DNA from: Massalongia carnosa
Taxonomy: Eukaryota
Direction of reading: 5' to 3'
NCBI GenBank assembly: GCA_965645245.1
Contig: OZ287087.1
Span: 1,426,001-1,490,000, forward strand
DNA length: 64,000 nt
The notes beneath the pieces were generated by a model that saw only the letters and a list, made by a program, of their open reading frames with translations, was not told the DNA's origin and did not search any database. Made by a program: the position numbers and the translations under genes. Each line of letters opens with the position of its first letter. Position 1 is the first letter of the stretch. Below are positions 50,531 to 64,000 of this stretch, one piece after another.

Positions 50531-52223
50531 TGTAGGTGAAAGAAAACATAGTTAAAGAAGTGATGGGGCAAGGAACGTGCGACCGGCGAGAGAAACAAAA
50601 AACTGCTACCTGAACGATCAACGCACGTGCAATCTCTAGAACCACCTCCGCGGTTCCGATAGTAACATCTCAATTTATCAGTGCGGAGCATGAAACAACA
50701 ATGTGGCAGCCTTTGATCCAGTCGTCGAATATTCTTAAGTATGTGTTGGTTGCATTGTAGAAATTCTGGCTGATATCATGGACTCAGGATTGGCTTTCGG
50801 ATGAAATCTTTAGCGAGGGTAGGCGCCCGAAGAGCCAATCAAATCCTCCGAGTCCATATGAGACACGGTGCCCTCTTTCATCGCTGTCTATTGGATACAG
50901 CAAGAAGGTTGATAGATATAGAGATTGAGAAAGTAGGATATTTATGACCGAGAGAATCCTTCCTTCCAAAAAGTCTTTATGGGGTTGATTACTTCCTTTT
51001 TTCGGGAAGCATTTCATTTAGCCGGAAGAATATTGTTGGGTAGAAGAAATTCTCCTGATTAGGAGAATGTCTATGGCTAGAAGAATTCTCCTACTCATTA
51101 AGTCTCACGGCTTCTTGCTAATTCCCTCCCCCCCGGCCTCAATAGATCAGTCAGCACCCGACGCTTTTCACAATTGATCGGGCACGGTCAACTTCCTTAT
51201 ATTCATTATGAATTAAAATTCACTCTCACTCCCTCCGCAAGGCTTCAGAAACCCCCAACTGTCCTTCTCTTGAATCAGAAAGAAAGCCGAAGAGACGTTG
51301 CGCAAAGAAAAAGAAAGAAAATCACAACTCAATATCATCTGTCTCTCACCTCTCCTTCTTCAATTTTCCCTACAAGTCCTTGCAAAAATGACACCTTAGA
51401 TGCTTATCCATATTGCATTCAATCGGAGACAAAGCCGAATTGTTGCTAGAACCATCTTGGCAACATCTCCACCAACCGTTCATCGACGGCCTTGATAACT
51501 CAGTGTTCGACTTTATCACACACCCAACTGAAGAACCCCGCCCATAGTAAGAGACGATTTTCGATGACATGCATTTGCCACGGCTAGTTCTCGAGTGTTA
51601 ATCAACCCTTCGCCGTCTCCTAAGGAAAACGCTTGCGGAAAACCCCTAAGAGTGCCATCTACGTTCTCGACTAATTTGCGTATCAGATTACCCTCCGGGG
51701 TCAGAAGCGTAGACTTGTAGAGGGATTTTCCGGGCTGGCAGGAGTTTTTGGCGGACTCTTATGAGAATCGTTTTCCGTATCGACGCTCTTCATGGCAACG
51801 TCAGTTTTGGAGCTGCGATTTTAAGGTTTATTGTCTTTGGTAAGGCTTGAAGTAGGAGTGTCAGAACGAGGTTCGGGAGTAAATAGTGAGCCTTTGCTGA
51901 CTCTATCGGAGGAGTCTCCGGCCGCATTGATATCGATCATGATAGTGTCTTCATCATTTGACGTCTGCAGATTGCTGGGAGTTGATCCACGACGAGGCCG
52001 AAAAGTTTCAGAAAGTTCAGTCGCGTGACGAGCCACAGAGAAAGTTTGGGAATCATGATCAAGCTGATCCATCGATTGAACTTGAGAAATTAGTAGCTTG
52101 AGACTCCAGGAAAGAATGAGACGTACAGAAACTAAGCGAAATCCAAGCCAGAGAATTCTTTCCGCCCGCGGCGCCGCCATGGAGGGTAACTCCAATGCAC
52201 GCTGTTCATCATCGATCATCGCA

Positions 52224-52451
52224 TCAATGATCGTTGTTTCCCAACTCTTTTAGAAGTGCCTGAGTCGGAGTGAGATTTCCCATTGATTCATGTCTGATGC
52301 TTTGTCTTTGATTGTAGATGTCTTTGGCCTTGAAGACTGGATCTTCTTCGTTCTCATTCATACGAAGAGTAGTGAGTATTTGCTGAGGTGTTTCCGTCTT
52401 TGTCTGATGAGCAATCTGTTCCTTGATTTCTGATGTCATGGCCCGCCCCAC
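52224..52451 (-). mobile_element. Fragment of a second Mutator-like transposase
   Basis: TPQQILTTLR...KDIYNQRQSIR...TPTQALLKEL, typical of the region before the DDE domain in fungal MULEs. Confidence 0.55.
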
Positions 52452-52499
52452 CGAGTTTTCGATTCAACGTACGCTCTGAATGAGTCCAACAAAGAAAAT

Positions 52500-53721
52500 G
52501 TGAAGCCTCTATCTCCCCCGCTATCAGGCCTTAAAAGGCGAGACTAACCCCTCTTTGCTCAGCTGCAGAATCGTCGTTGATGATATAACGAAGCCTCCAA
52601 GCTCTAGACCAACGTTTGATTTAACGAAGAAATTCTCCAATAATATCACCGTCTTCGTTAGTGGTCAGCATATGTGCCCCGGGGATCCAGCTTCCATATT
52701 CGTCGCGAATCATCAGGGTAAATAATTTCCATTTTAGATGATTAGTGTTGTGAGTGCTATCCATCAAAGTCAGATGACCACGTCTCATCAAAATTCTCAA
52801 CCGAGATCGCTTGGCAAAAGCAACGGCATGCGAAGTTTCTCTATCAATCACTCGGGTTATTTGAAGCTTTGCTGACAAAACGTCTTTGCCTAGCGCTTGC
52901 AACGAATCAAAACATTCATCTAATTGATCAGCCCAGGGCTCTTTCGCCCCAAAATACGGGCATCAGGATTCGATTTTTTGAAACCCCTACTGGCATTATG
53001 AACGGCCATCAGATCTAGACTCAGACCCCCTGCATCTCTCAATAAATCGGAATTCCCCCCCTATCTGGTGCCCAGCATGTTCCGATTGACGACGGCCGGG
53101 GTTGTATCCCTTAGCAACCTCTTTACCAGCTGTAAAGTTGATGGCGGAGTTGATTTTGATGCCATTCAGATACTCCAAAGTATGATTATGTTAATGCTGG
53201 CTAGGCGTCAGCTGATGCGAACTCAGCTGATCGAAGGATTTAAGCTTTTTATCTATATGAGCATTTAGCATCCCGTCAGCAAATTCTCTGCATCATTAAA
53301 TTGTTTGATCATCACTAATTTTTTAAATACATGATGAAGCTATTCTCATGCGTTTAGCACGAATCCCTCGGCCCTCGGTCTTTTTCTCAACGTTATTTTT
53401 CCATAATCGACACCACCAGTGAGATTTTTGAGTGCGCTTTTTGGTCAGGAACCCTGTGTGATTATACGCCCAGATGTTGTCCACAAACGGCCAATATAGG
53501 GCGTATTCATCTGCAGTCCACGTCATGGATGCATGCAACTCGAAAACCTGTTGACGAATCAACGCCATGCCAGCTGGGGGAGCTAACAAGGTGGAAGACG
53601 AGACGGGAGGGGAGCATTTTAGACCTTTGGCGACGGGTAATTGACTGTCCTCATCGAGCGCAGTCAGCTGACTATTATCCCTGAGTTGACTGTCGTCGGC
53701 TGCATTCAGGTAAAAAGACAT
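52500..53721 (-). mobile_element. Mutator/MULE transposase pseudogene
   Basis: LMDSTHNTNHLKWKLFTLMIRDEYGSWIP and YIINDDSAAE; N-terminal WWCRLW; stops and frameshifts. Confidence 0.75.
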
Positions 53722-53879
53722 GTTACTGGTAAAAAAATTGTTTGTATAGCTTCAAATGTAGAGGTGATAGGGGGACGCGTTTGATTGATTACATGATTAT
53801 GCTAGCATGCTAGATAACCCCTGATATAGCTGACTAACTAGCTGCGGCAGCTATGTGGTATGAAAAATAGAAAACGACA

Positions 53880-54138
53880 GAGGTATCACGCGGTGGACAA
53901 AACAAACGGCAACGTGAGACCAAAACCACACCAAAATCTACACCCCTTTTATTCAATTTTTGCTCTATTTTTTCAAACACTTCATGAGAATAATACTTTA
54001 GTAGTGTACTTGACTATTCTGAACTTCGAATACTCAAAATCTTTTCTTGGGGGGTGTAGAATTATTTTATTGGCTGAAAAGGGGTGAGTTTTTGGTGGTC
54101 GCACGTTGCTGTTTTTTTTGTCCACCGCGTGATACCTC
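53880..54138. mobile_element. MITE-like non-autonomous element
   Basis: Inverted ends GAGGTATCACGCGGTGGACAAAA / TTTTGTCCACCGCGTGATACCTC, imperfectly extending about 65-70 bp; AT-rich non-coding interior. Confidence 0.85.
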
Positions 54139-54443
54139 AGCTCCCCATTACACTACGCGAAGCAGGTTCGGCTTTGAAGTGACCCCCGTTGAAACATCAC
54201 CTAACCTTGCGGGACCGCCGGATTCGTTACCATCTTCCCACTCTTCATCACTCCAAATTTTGGTGGGGTTCCGTCGGTCGCACGGTTAAGCTTTGATTGC
54301 AAAAGTTCCAGAAATTTAACTAGGAGGGATTTCCGCTCAGCACAGCAGTATCTTCCAGCATGCTAGCACAAACTCGCGTGTATCTCCATCACCTCGAACC
54401 TAATTCAAGACTATTGAACTCGTCTGCGCACAAATAAAAGTAG

Positions 54444-55481
54444 CTAGTGATCATCAACTATAGTCTGCACGTGCCCTTCTTTCCCATTCCGTCCTCGCTG
54501 CGCCTGGCGTTGGAACTCAAACTCCCGCAGCAATCCCTGTGCGTTTCCTAACTCGCATTCTGGTAGCCATGTTTCCTTCCAGCACACCTTATATTCGTAG
54601 CCCGTTCCTAATCTGTCTCTTGTCAGCAATCCTTATGATTTCCCACTGTTCACCCGATACTAAACGTCCTTGAACCTGAGAGTGTTCGGGGAGTTGTGGG
54701 GTAAGCAGTATGATCGAAGTGATCTTGAGATCCTCCCATCATATGTTCATCACTTGGGTGTGTTCGTTGACAGTCTTGCGCTTCCCCGTTCCTGGGCAAC
54801 AGTTTCTCGAAGGGTGAAAAGCTGTCGTCTTTCTCGCCACTGCTGTGATCATGACCATCAATACTACCGAGTCCGTTCGAGGTATCTGAAAACGTTAGTT
54901 TTCGCCTATCAACTACACCAAGTGAGAGCTCTACCTTCCATATTCCTTTGAGTGTCGTCAAGATTCGATGCTGGCACGTCGAATTGATTGAGAGACTCCT
55001 TGAGGGGCGGGCCAGCCATATCGAGAATTTCGATACAATCATCATCTCGAAGAAATCCACTCAGTTTCTTACTTGGTCCGAGGGCAGTAGAACTTTTGCC
55101 CTTCCCACGAGCCGTAGAGAGACAGAGGTTGGAGGTCGTCGGCCGCCCATCGCGATGTAGGCCTGCGTTTGAAGGTTGATAATGATGAAAAGAGCCTATC
55201 TCAACAAAGGCCATTAGACACAGGTACTCAGGATAACCAGAGAATACAGATAAATTCGGATCTTTTTGACTAAGAAGTCTGCGAGAGAATTTGCAGGTGA
55301 AGAGGACGTGAGGACGGTAATTATACCATCGTGCTGTAGGCTCACATAAAGTTACACCCTCTGGCGTAGATTCCGTCCATTGTAACCTCGTATTCGATCT
55401 ACGTCCTATGCGGGCTGAGCGTTTCCTGCATATCGGAATCCCTAGAGCACGTTTTCCCTCACGCTTCTCAAAGATGTCCAC
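54444..55481 (-). pseudogene. Degenerate gene ending in a chromo-like domain
   Basis: WEIIRI...YEYKVCWKETWLPECELGNAQGLLREF, frameshifted; upstream part unrecognised. Confidence 0.45.
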
Positions 55482-56815
55482 ATCGATCGAGCCACGTCAA
55501 CCTCTGACGGGCTGGACTCTCGAGCCGAGATTGTCATAATGCATCTGCAGTACAGCACAATCCACGATGCTCGGCGAGAACAAGATCAATGTCTCAAGAC
55601 CCTGCCTGGGTGACTCTTTTCCAAAATCTCGTATCTCTCACCCCTCGTCCCCCCTCCTGGCCTTATGCCTCGATGTCACTCCACCGCAATAGCCAGCTGG
55701 CTGATTGCGACATTTCGCCTCGTAGAACGCCAAGTGGGACACTTATCAGCGTCCTCGCAATGCGAAGTTCACTCTTCCGATCCTGGTCGTCGCTGATTCT
55801 AACAATCCTACACGGCTCAGCGTCTGCACGACTGCAACTTTCAGGATCACTAGCCCGATGGAGGTCAACGCAATTGGTCCGAGTGAGAAATACTGGGTGG
55901 GGCGATCCAGGAGAAGACACCTCAAGGAACTCGAATCGCCGATCCAGGCATCAATGTGCAGTGCACAGGTACGTCCTTACGATTGAACCGTTGCCACGTC
56001 CGCAGCGGCTGACGCCTGAAATCCAACCGAGCCGTTCTCAACGATGGTGTCCAATCACCGCCCGCGCAAGGCCCGCGCAGGAGACGTCACCAGACCGATG
56101 GCAATGTTGGAACGCCTTTCGCCGGCGGCGCAGCGAGAGGACGGCTCCTCAGTCCACCGTGAGGCATTTATTCGATTGGTCTTGAGAGTACACGTGCAGC
56201 GTCTTTGGGCCGGATCTATCATGTGAGCGTTCTGACCGTGAATATGACGATCGCCGATAGGCTCTGCACGTCAGCTGGCTGAGTGACGGGCAGGCGAAAT
56301 GGTGGATGGAAGCTGGGAAGGTCACCCGTGAGAGAGGGGAAGGCACTGAGCAAGGGACGAGGTACGAGAGAGGATGAGATCGCTCGAAAGCCAGTAGAGA
56401 TGAGACTTGCGAGGGATCATACCTCCCAAGAGGCGAGTGGGCGACATTAAGAGGGAGGGAAGTTTAGAGTAGAAGCGCGAGCAGAAACGCGAGCGAGAAG
56501 TCGCAGCGTCCATCAGTAGAGCGATCGTCGCAGCTTATGGCGTAGTTCAAATGTGAGTCGAGATCCGAGCGAGGGAGGCCGACCGGCGCGGGCGACCAGA
56601 TGGATGGAAAAGGTGATGAAAGAAAGTGGAAAGAGGAGGAAGGGAGGAGGTATTTATGCGACGAGAAGGCGGCGAGGAGTTGCGCCGAGGCGCGTTGCCT
56701 GATCGGGGCGCCAAACCCGGGAGGGCAAACACCGGCAAGATTATTACGTATCTTAAATGAAGAATATAAAAATTTTATCATGAAATTTTCAGGGCTTTGC
56801 TAGAAACCGCGCAAG

Positions 56816-58063
56816 ATGAAATCAAGAGATTTTGCAATCATTACAACAATCAGGTCAAATACAGCGGGACTCGCATTCTTGCTTTCGCTTTCCCAACATG
56901 TCTGTGACAACAGCAGTCGCGCAGACGATATGAAAGCATTCGTACAGCATTTCGAAACACATCTCTATCAGCTCGTAAGAATCATTGAATGGAATGTAAT
57001 GACTTGGCTTTAGAATGCGGAAAAGGAAACTCTTCTGGTTATTGTGGAAATCAAGCGATGACTGACCTTGAGTTCTTAATTCATCAAGGCGTCTTGTCAG
57101 GGGCGCACTCATCTACGAAGGCTTCATTAGAGCTGAAGGAGTTAACTCTAGACGATTGAAAGGCCGACAAGCCAACAGGGTCTTTAACACCCGTCGGGAT
57201 CGAGCTGATGAAATACAAGCAGTATATCAATGCGGAGAGTGACAAAATCCGAGAATTTCTGCGTGAACGGGTCGAAAAACTTGCCAACATGCTCAAAGCC
57301 GTCAAGCCATTGAAGTTTCTGTCACTGCAATGTATCGAACGTATACATGACACTGATCGGAGGATTCACGGGTTGGTTTTTCAATATTCCGACGATGACT
57401 TCGGCAAGGCCATGTTCCTTACAGGAAACCATTCGAAACGGCAAAATTCCGGATCGACCCACGCTTGAACAACGTTTTCGGATCGCTTGGAAAGTCGGAC
57501 AAGCGATTCAAAAGTGGCATTCGATCGGATGAGTGCATCATGGTATTGCAAGCTACAATATATTTTTCTTCAAGCTAGAGGGATCGGAGTCTTGGGACAA
57601 TGCAAACCCCTTTCTATGCGGGTTTGCTTACACGCGAGGAAACGACGATGTGTCTAGCATGAGATACGTCACGCAGTTCAAACCCAATGTCTATCGTCAC
57701 TATCTACGCCAAGGCCGTCCGACCGAAAGCCACAGCAAAATAATGATTTATATGCTTATAGAATCTTTCTTTTCGAAATCGGCGTGTGGAAGTTGGTTGA
57801 AGATCTCTTTTTATAAGCGGCAGAGGGCAACGGTTTCACCCAAGGCGATGGCGGAGATCATCGTCAAGAATGTAGATCGGCTAGAAATTCACGTGAGCCC
57901 AAATTACAAGAAAGCGGCAATCATATGCGTGATAGAGGAGCTCGGGAGTAGGATCGTTGACGTGAACAAGCCTCGATCGCAGCTTGCAAAGGCGTTTGAA
58001 GCGAAGGTCTTGAAATTAATTGAGCGGGTTTCGTTCCAGGCCGTAAAAAAGGAAAAAGACTAG
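56816..58063 (+). pseudogene. Fungal protein-kinase-like pseudogene (type often fused to HeLo-like N-termini)
   Basis: PTLEQRFRIAWKVGQAIQKWHSIG*VHHGIASYNIFFF, PFLCGFAYTR, NVYRH, LFEIGVW; stop at 57530 and frameshifts. Confidence 0.72.
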
Positions 58064-59865
58064 GATGATGAGTCTTGAAAGAGGGAAAGAGACATTGCAT
58101 CGAATTCATGACACGTCAAAAACGAGAAAACCCACTTCTTGAGGATAGGGACCGAGCTACACTCTCTAGCAACACTTCAAGGCACATGTTATTTCGGGAC
58201 ACATCAAGCGATATCCTCGTATCACGGTGAAAGGCCGTATTCTGAATCGCAGGTAGCAGCTAAATCAAATTGATATGAAGGCGGGAAAGGGAAATATGCT
58301 TTAGGGCGCCAATGGGGAGCAAAAGGGGCAGTTTTGATCAGCACGGATCACAACATCAATAGACTAGACATTTCCAGATTCACAGGCAGTGTTCTCTCCA
58401 TCGAGTTGCCCGTTCCGCCCAATGTAAGAACCGTCATTCATGCCCTTGTTCTATCCACGTAGAGCTCTTGCATGTTTAAGTTCGCAGCACTCCCACTCGT
58501 GACAAATCCCCCGAGATCCGAATCCTGTATCCAACTTCCGTCTGGCTTCCAACATCATCGAGCCGACTCTCCCGCCCACACCAGATCTTTTCCCTTCACT
58601 TCATTTCCCCGTTCACCGGATCGCCGTTCTCGTGACTCAACGTATATCTATCTTTCCGCGCTCGGGACCGACGCGACAAGGAACGGTCCCTGCCGCGCCT
58701 GAAGGCCTTCCCCCATCAACCTGACAGGTTGTGTCGCCCGGTCGATATTTGCTCCCCTAGCGACGAGTCGAGTCGTCTCGTCACGCTCAACGATCGAGAA
58801 GGATAGATGCTACAGCGGAATATTCCTTTATTCGTGGACGTTCCTTGCGGGGAACTGTTTCCAAGCACCTCGGGGTTAGCTTGGATGCGTGTAAACTGGG
58901 GATTTCTACTGTACTTTTCGGGTTCTATTTCCATGGTTGAAGTGATGGTGCTGATGCTTTTGTGTGTAGGGGAGGGGGGGCTGTCGGCCTGTTTTACATC
59001 ATGTCAGCTGTCTTGAGTTAGGTTAGGTATACAGAAGCCTGGTGAACTGAGATTACTTCAAGCAAGTATCATGAGAATGGAGGCCGTGTGGTCTTAAAGG
59101 CTGACTTTTGTCTTGACCGTGTATCACAATTCCTCACGAATGTCGTCTCCAAATCGGAGATGTGAGCCACGTATCCCCTTGCACATAACCTGAACAAGAA
59201 GCAGCAGTCACTCACAGATTCAACTCGCAATTCGTGAGACTTGCAATCTTATAACTCATCATTAAGAGCAGCTTCCCGATTTGAATCCTGTCAAATGTGA
59301 ATATATCAATCCTGCACGCATGAAGACGGAATACGGTCGGAAGTATTATTAGTTCGCTCCTCCATCCGTGCGCCGACTGAAGCGAACTATTGAGGGAGGT
59401 TTGGGCAACTAAATGGTAAAGTGTACATCTTCGACACGTTTTTATTATTGTTGTTGTTGTACGTTCGAGGATAGGGCTGAATCGTGATATCTACAATATG
59501 CGGTGATAGAAGCTTCTCCTGCGTTCCTTACGTGTTGACTGGAATATGATGGAATCTGAAGAAATAATCCTATCAAATAGCTAGGGAAGAAGTACGAATT
59601 AACTGTCCTAAGTTGTCAGCTAACTAACCCGAGTTGGATGTGCCTGGCCTGATCAAGTCAGACTAACTACCTTGCACTAAGTTGAAGCGCAACACCAATC
59701 CCAGGCGGAGTTGGCAAGGCACTGGTGTCGATTGGAAGCAGGGGAAACACAGGGCTGAGAGAGGGGGGAAGAAGAATGGCACAGGACGATTGCCGGATGT
59801 CCTGTTGACTTTATCCCACGCATTTACCACCATCGTGGTTGCGATGCAGCGAGACCATCGTGATC

Positions 59866-62800
59866 ATGTCCCACCAGCAGTGCGCAGCAGTCTGGTCCGT
59901 TCTACAGAGTCGCTCGGACATAGATCATATTCTACGCGAGCTGGTTGGCCGGTATGCCTTCGAGGTCGCCATCTACAGAAACGATTCCTTGCGTGTGCGC
60001 AACACCTCGTTTCTCTACGTCGTCTCCCTGAAGGCCATTTTCGACCTGCAGCGAACATACCTTCAGTCCTCCGACCCCTCCTTCGAGTCCAAGACCTACC
60101 TGGTGCAACATGACTTGCTCTTCCAGGCCGTTATACACCTGCTCGAGGTCAAAACGGAATCGTTTGGTCCCCACAAGGAGCTCGTCGATCACAAACCATA
60201 CTGCGGCTTTCTGGCGCAGACGTTGCTGTCCGGCCTCCGAGCGCTGTTGCTTCACAAACGATCTCTCATGGCGGAAGAACATGAGATGCTTACTCGTCGA
60301 TTCAACGAGGTCTGGAGAGAGGAGCAGCTGGACGACGTTCATCATTTTGTTGTACAGATGTTATGTCGACAGATAATCCTGGAACTCGGTATGCCCGCCC
60401 AAGACTCCAAGTACACTCAACCGGCCTGTGGCCTGGTCAACCTTCCAGATTTCGCCCACAAACTGGTACGTCTCCAAAGGCTCGAACGTTCGCGTCCTAA
60501 CCCACGATGTAGTATGATGTGGGAAATGACGAAAATTCCTTGATGACGGCCGTCCGATATGCAACGCATGTTTCTACGTTCTCGCCGGACTGGTTTCAAA
60601 ATGCGTTGATATTGTACGATATTTGTTGGAGCATGACAGCTGCGCTGATCCATCTATGCGCGGGTTCTCAGAAGCAGAAAGAACCGTACATTTGGACTCT
60701 TGCCGACGAAGCTGTCAGGCTGAACGGACTCAATCGTATACTAACTACGCGGTTCAAGGTACTCTTCCAGATATACAATGGCGATCGCGTGGGCCATCCC
60801 AGCGGAGAATTGGATTGGTTAGATGAACAGGTAAAAACCTTGCCGCTCTTGGGAATCCATCCGTTATGCTCCCAAGACGAATGTCGTTGCTTTCATGATG
60901 ACCGTGCGTCCATACAGAATCCGGTATCGGTTCCCTTTTCCTTAGCGTTTTCCCTAATAGTTTTGCCAATGACTGACCTCATTCTTCATCTGCAGCGGTA
61001 CACTCAAGGCGGTCAACAGCTGCCCGCGCGTGTCAACAAACATTTATCGGCCATTCAATACCTGAGCGAATCCGAGACCGCCTTGAAGCAGCTTCAGATG
61101 ACTTTAATCGCCCGTACCGCAGCACATTTGGATTGCAACGGCGAAATGCAAGATCTCTCGCGCAAACTCGACGAATATCTGCACGATTGGTATCCAATCT
61201 CCTCGCACCCAACGGCCTATGAGACCAAACGGACTCATGCCCAAAATGACTTTTACGTCATCAGCTGTCCCGAACTTCATCCACTGCCGGCAGGAACCCT
61301 GTTTGAAGGTCTTGTTGACACATTGGTCGAAGGGAATGAATTACAGGTGCGTTTTGCCAACTCGCCAAGCGACAGAACATGAGACGTTTCTGAGCTCGTT
61401 GCACGCCCCTTTTCTAGATATAGGCTGGATTATTGACGCTTCTTGGCAGCCGAACCAGGGAGGCGCCCCCCGTCTAGTCGGTGTTCAATCAAACTTCAAA
61501 TGTCCTCAATGCACCTGGGATTCCCAGATCATTTCCGCGCGGAAAATCGAACCACTCTCTCGGATATCGTCCCACATTCAAGAGCGAGTAGAATCATGGG
61601 AGCAGATGATGCAAAACAAAATCAAGCTTCAGAATATTACGTCACATCGCGTCATTCCCAGCGTCGAGCCAAAACCTCGATTTGTGGCGTATCCAGGATA
61701 CATGTCGCCGCCAATATCACCAGCCGCTACGCTGGCTCCAAGGCTCCCTACTATCAACATCGAAAACTACCCTGAAGTTGTTGAGCAGTCTCTACCTAAA
61801 CCTCTTGCGCCAAGATCGGTTTCGTCAAGATCTAGGGAATCTGTCCTCAGCAGACCTAACCATGGTACCGGAACAAGAAAAACGTTCAGCTGGCAGTCCT
61901 TCTTGAAGCCGAACCGCGGGTCGTCTTCCCATGTCTCCATTCCTTCATTTGCATTTTCCGCTTGTGGTAAAACTTTGCTGCTCTGGAATGAAAGGGGGGC
62001 TGGCTGCTACGACTTGCACAATGCAGACCTCATCGAGTTTCGAGGAGTGAACGCCTGTAACGTTTGCATGGCCGCCGGTGGGACGAACAAATGTGCCATC
62101 GTCTACAAGAGTGGAATGGTAAATTTTCTCAAATTCTCCACTTCGCCGCTGATCAAATAGCAGGATTACACATTGGCAGCGTTTCAAGGTAGTTGCGACG
62201 AGCCAATCCGTCAATGGCGGATTGAAAGTCTTCCGTTTGCCATGGCATTTTCGCGTGACGACCATTACATTGCCCTCAAATTCGCTTATCATTTACAACT
62301 CTTTGATCCACTGACCAAAGGCACCATCCATCACCAATTACCATGTCAAAACAGTCGTTCCGGTCGAAGTAATCACCTGGTCACGTTTTCTCACGACAGT
62401 TTATCAATCATCGCCTCCACGCGTTACGAGCCTGAAAAGGTCATTACGTATTGGAGTGAATGTACAAATCCGTCCAGAAATAACAAAGTTGAAAGTTGCG
62501 CTCCATTTGTGAGTGACATATTTTTATCAACAACCAACAGCTAATACCCTTGATCTTTCTTCTCATCCTTCTCTTTTCTTCTTCCCCCAAACCTGCGCAT
62601 TCGGCGCTTCCCTTTTTCCTTCATGATATTGCCGCGTGGTCCCTAGATTCATCGCATCTTATGTGGACAATAGGGCTTGGTCGGTGACGATGGCTTATCA
62701 TCCCTCGTTTATTCTGGAGGCGCTACTCAAGGAGCCTTCCTTGCAACCTTCACCGAAAAGGGCTACCCAGCGTTTCTCAATCTCTCGGAAGCCAAACCTG

Positions 62801-63138
62801 TCTCCAGAACTCTACGCAGCAATCACCACCAAGTTGGAGCGAGACTCCACTGTGCGGCGGTCTGCGCTGCCGGGAGCACCTTGGTCTTCATGAATCAACG
62901 TAATGATATCTACTGGATAGTGGACGCGTTTGGCTCTGAAACGGGAACCCGGCATGTTGCCAATGTCAAACGGCCTACCTCCGTCAAGCGAGAAGTTGAG
63001 CTGGGAATGCCCAGTTCCGACGAAGTGTACGTTTTTTGGATCGAAAAGGGGAGGGGAAAGCTGGTGACTGTTGGGAGGTTAGGAGGAAAGAGTAAGCCAC
63101 TGGACCTGGACATTGACATGTCACACCTTGTGCCATAA
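59866..63138 (+). CDS. Multi-exon hypothetical protein with a possible C-terminal beta-propeller
   Basis: Consecutive long ORFs linked by GT-AG-like junctions; Cys motifs SCPELH and CPQC; propeller-like strands FAFSACGKTLLLW, MAFSRDDHYIA and VTFSHDS. Confidence 0.6.
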
Positions 63139-64000
63139 TCAATGGCAAGTTTGTGATGGCGGTTTGTTGTCAGCAATACAACATTAGCCTTGATCTAACA
63201 GGATCCGACAGCGATACGGTAAGATCCTCCACGGAGTATCGCCCTAGTCGAATCCAAACCTTAGGTATCGCTGTGGTTTCGCGCGTGGTCTTTTCTCTCG
63301 TCGACGGTCTCCAATCACATGTGTTGTGTCATACGATTATCTATGGAGTACAGGGTACAGCTTGATTAAAGAACCCTGAACCTATGAACTAGGTGATAAT
63401 TGGGTTGTTTCTACTGTGGTATCCTGACATAATTTACCTTGGACGTGGTGATTGGCTGTTCGATTATTGGGGGCGTTTCCCAGTGCAGCAACTAATTACT
63501 ATGTACGAGAGGCAGTCACAGCTCAAGATACAGAAGGCTTCGCTTAAAAATTTTAACGTGAGAAGGTCTCGCCGTGTCGTAAGCCGACTTGGCTTTGTTG
63601 TGCCACGCATCTTTCGTTGCTCTTAACTAGAGAGAGCTTGTTAGCATTGGCCCACTAGAGGCAGATTTCAAGTCTTCTCTTTGGCTTGGCGTTATCGCAT
63701 GCTCGCTCTAGGTCGCGATCCCGGTAAAACTACCGGAAGATCCCGTCCGCCATATGGAATTGCTTGGCAAGGCTCAGGAGACCAGACGAATTCCTTGCGT
63801 AATGTGAAAACAAATGCGAGAAAGCAGACCTATCATGGTCTCGGCACGATTAGAAGCGACTTTCTTGAGTTGGAGCCTGAAGCTCGAAGGGGGCAATGTT
63901 AGCCGATACAGTAGGGGATGGCGCTATGTACCCCAAGACTCCAGAGCTCAGGGAAACTGGTCACCTTTTCTCATTACTCGATTCGCAGTCTTAGATACAT

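Noticed and set aside
55500..56800. GC-rich ORFs (e.g. 55589-56185)
   Set aside because: No recognisable motifs or coherent gene structure; overlapping ORFs are expected at this GC content.
1..64000. Starship giant transposon
   Set aside because: No DUF3435 tyrosine-recombinase gene or boundary repeats are recognisable in this window.

Overview
Eukaryotic, intron-containing DNA typical of a filamentous ascomycete accessory region. 1-27 kb is a stack of nested mobile elements. It holds two Ty1/Copia fragments and two LTR-bounded Copia elements, each carrying a Tc1/mariner-type insertion. It also holds a degenerate CMC/EnSpm-like transposase next to a SNF2-helicase-like gene, and two Tad1-type LINE pieces. 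27-64 kb mixes TE relics (solo LTRs, pogo, Mutator, Gypsy, a MITE) and a mitochondrial-type tRNA-Cys with genes from families linked to fungal non-self response or conflict. These are a trypsin-like protease fused to a CorA-like membrane domain (head-to-head with an unknown membrane-protein gene), a second trypsin-like pseudogene, a PD-(D/E)XK-like nuclease, a DUF6594-like gene, a truncated hydrolase/NB-ARC NLR and a kinase-like pseudogene. Top leads: the protease-CorA/partner gene pair; a DD37E transposon inserted with no target-site duplication (the sister LTR shows the empty site); and a possible multi-gene CMC transposon. All family calls come from motif reading by eye, with no database searches.
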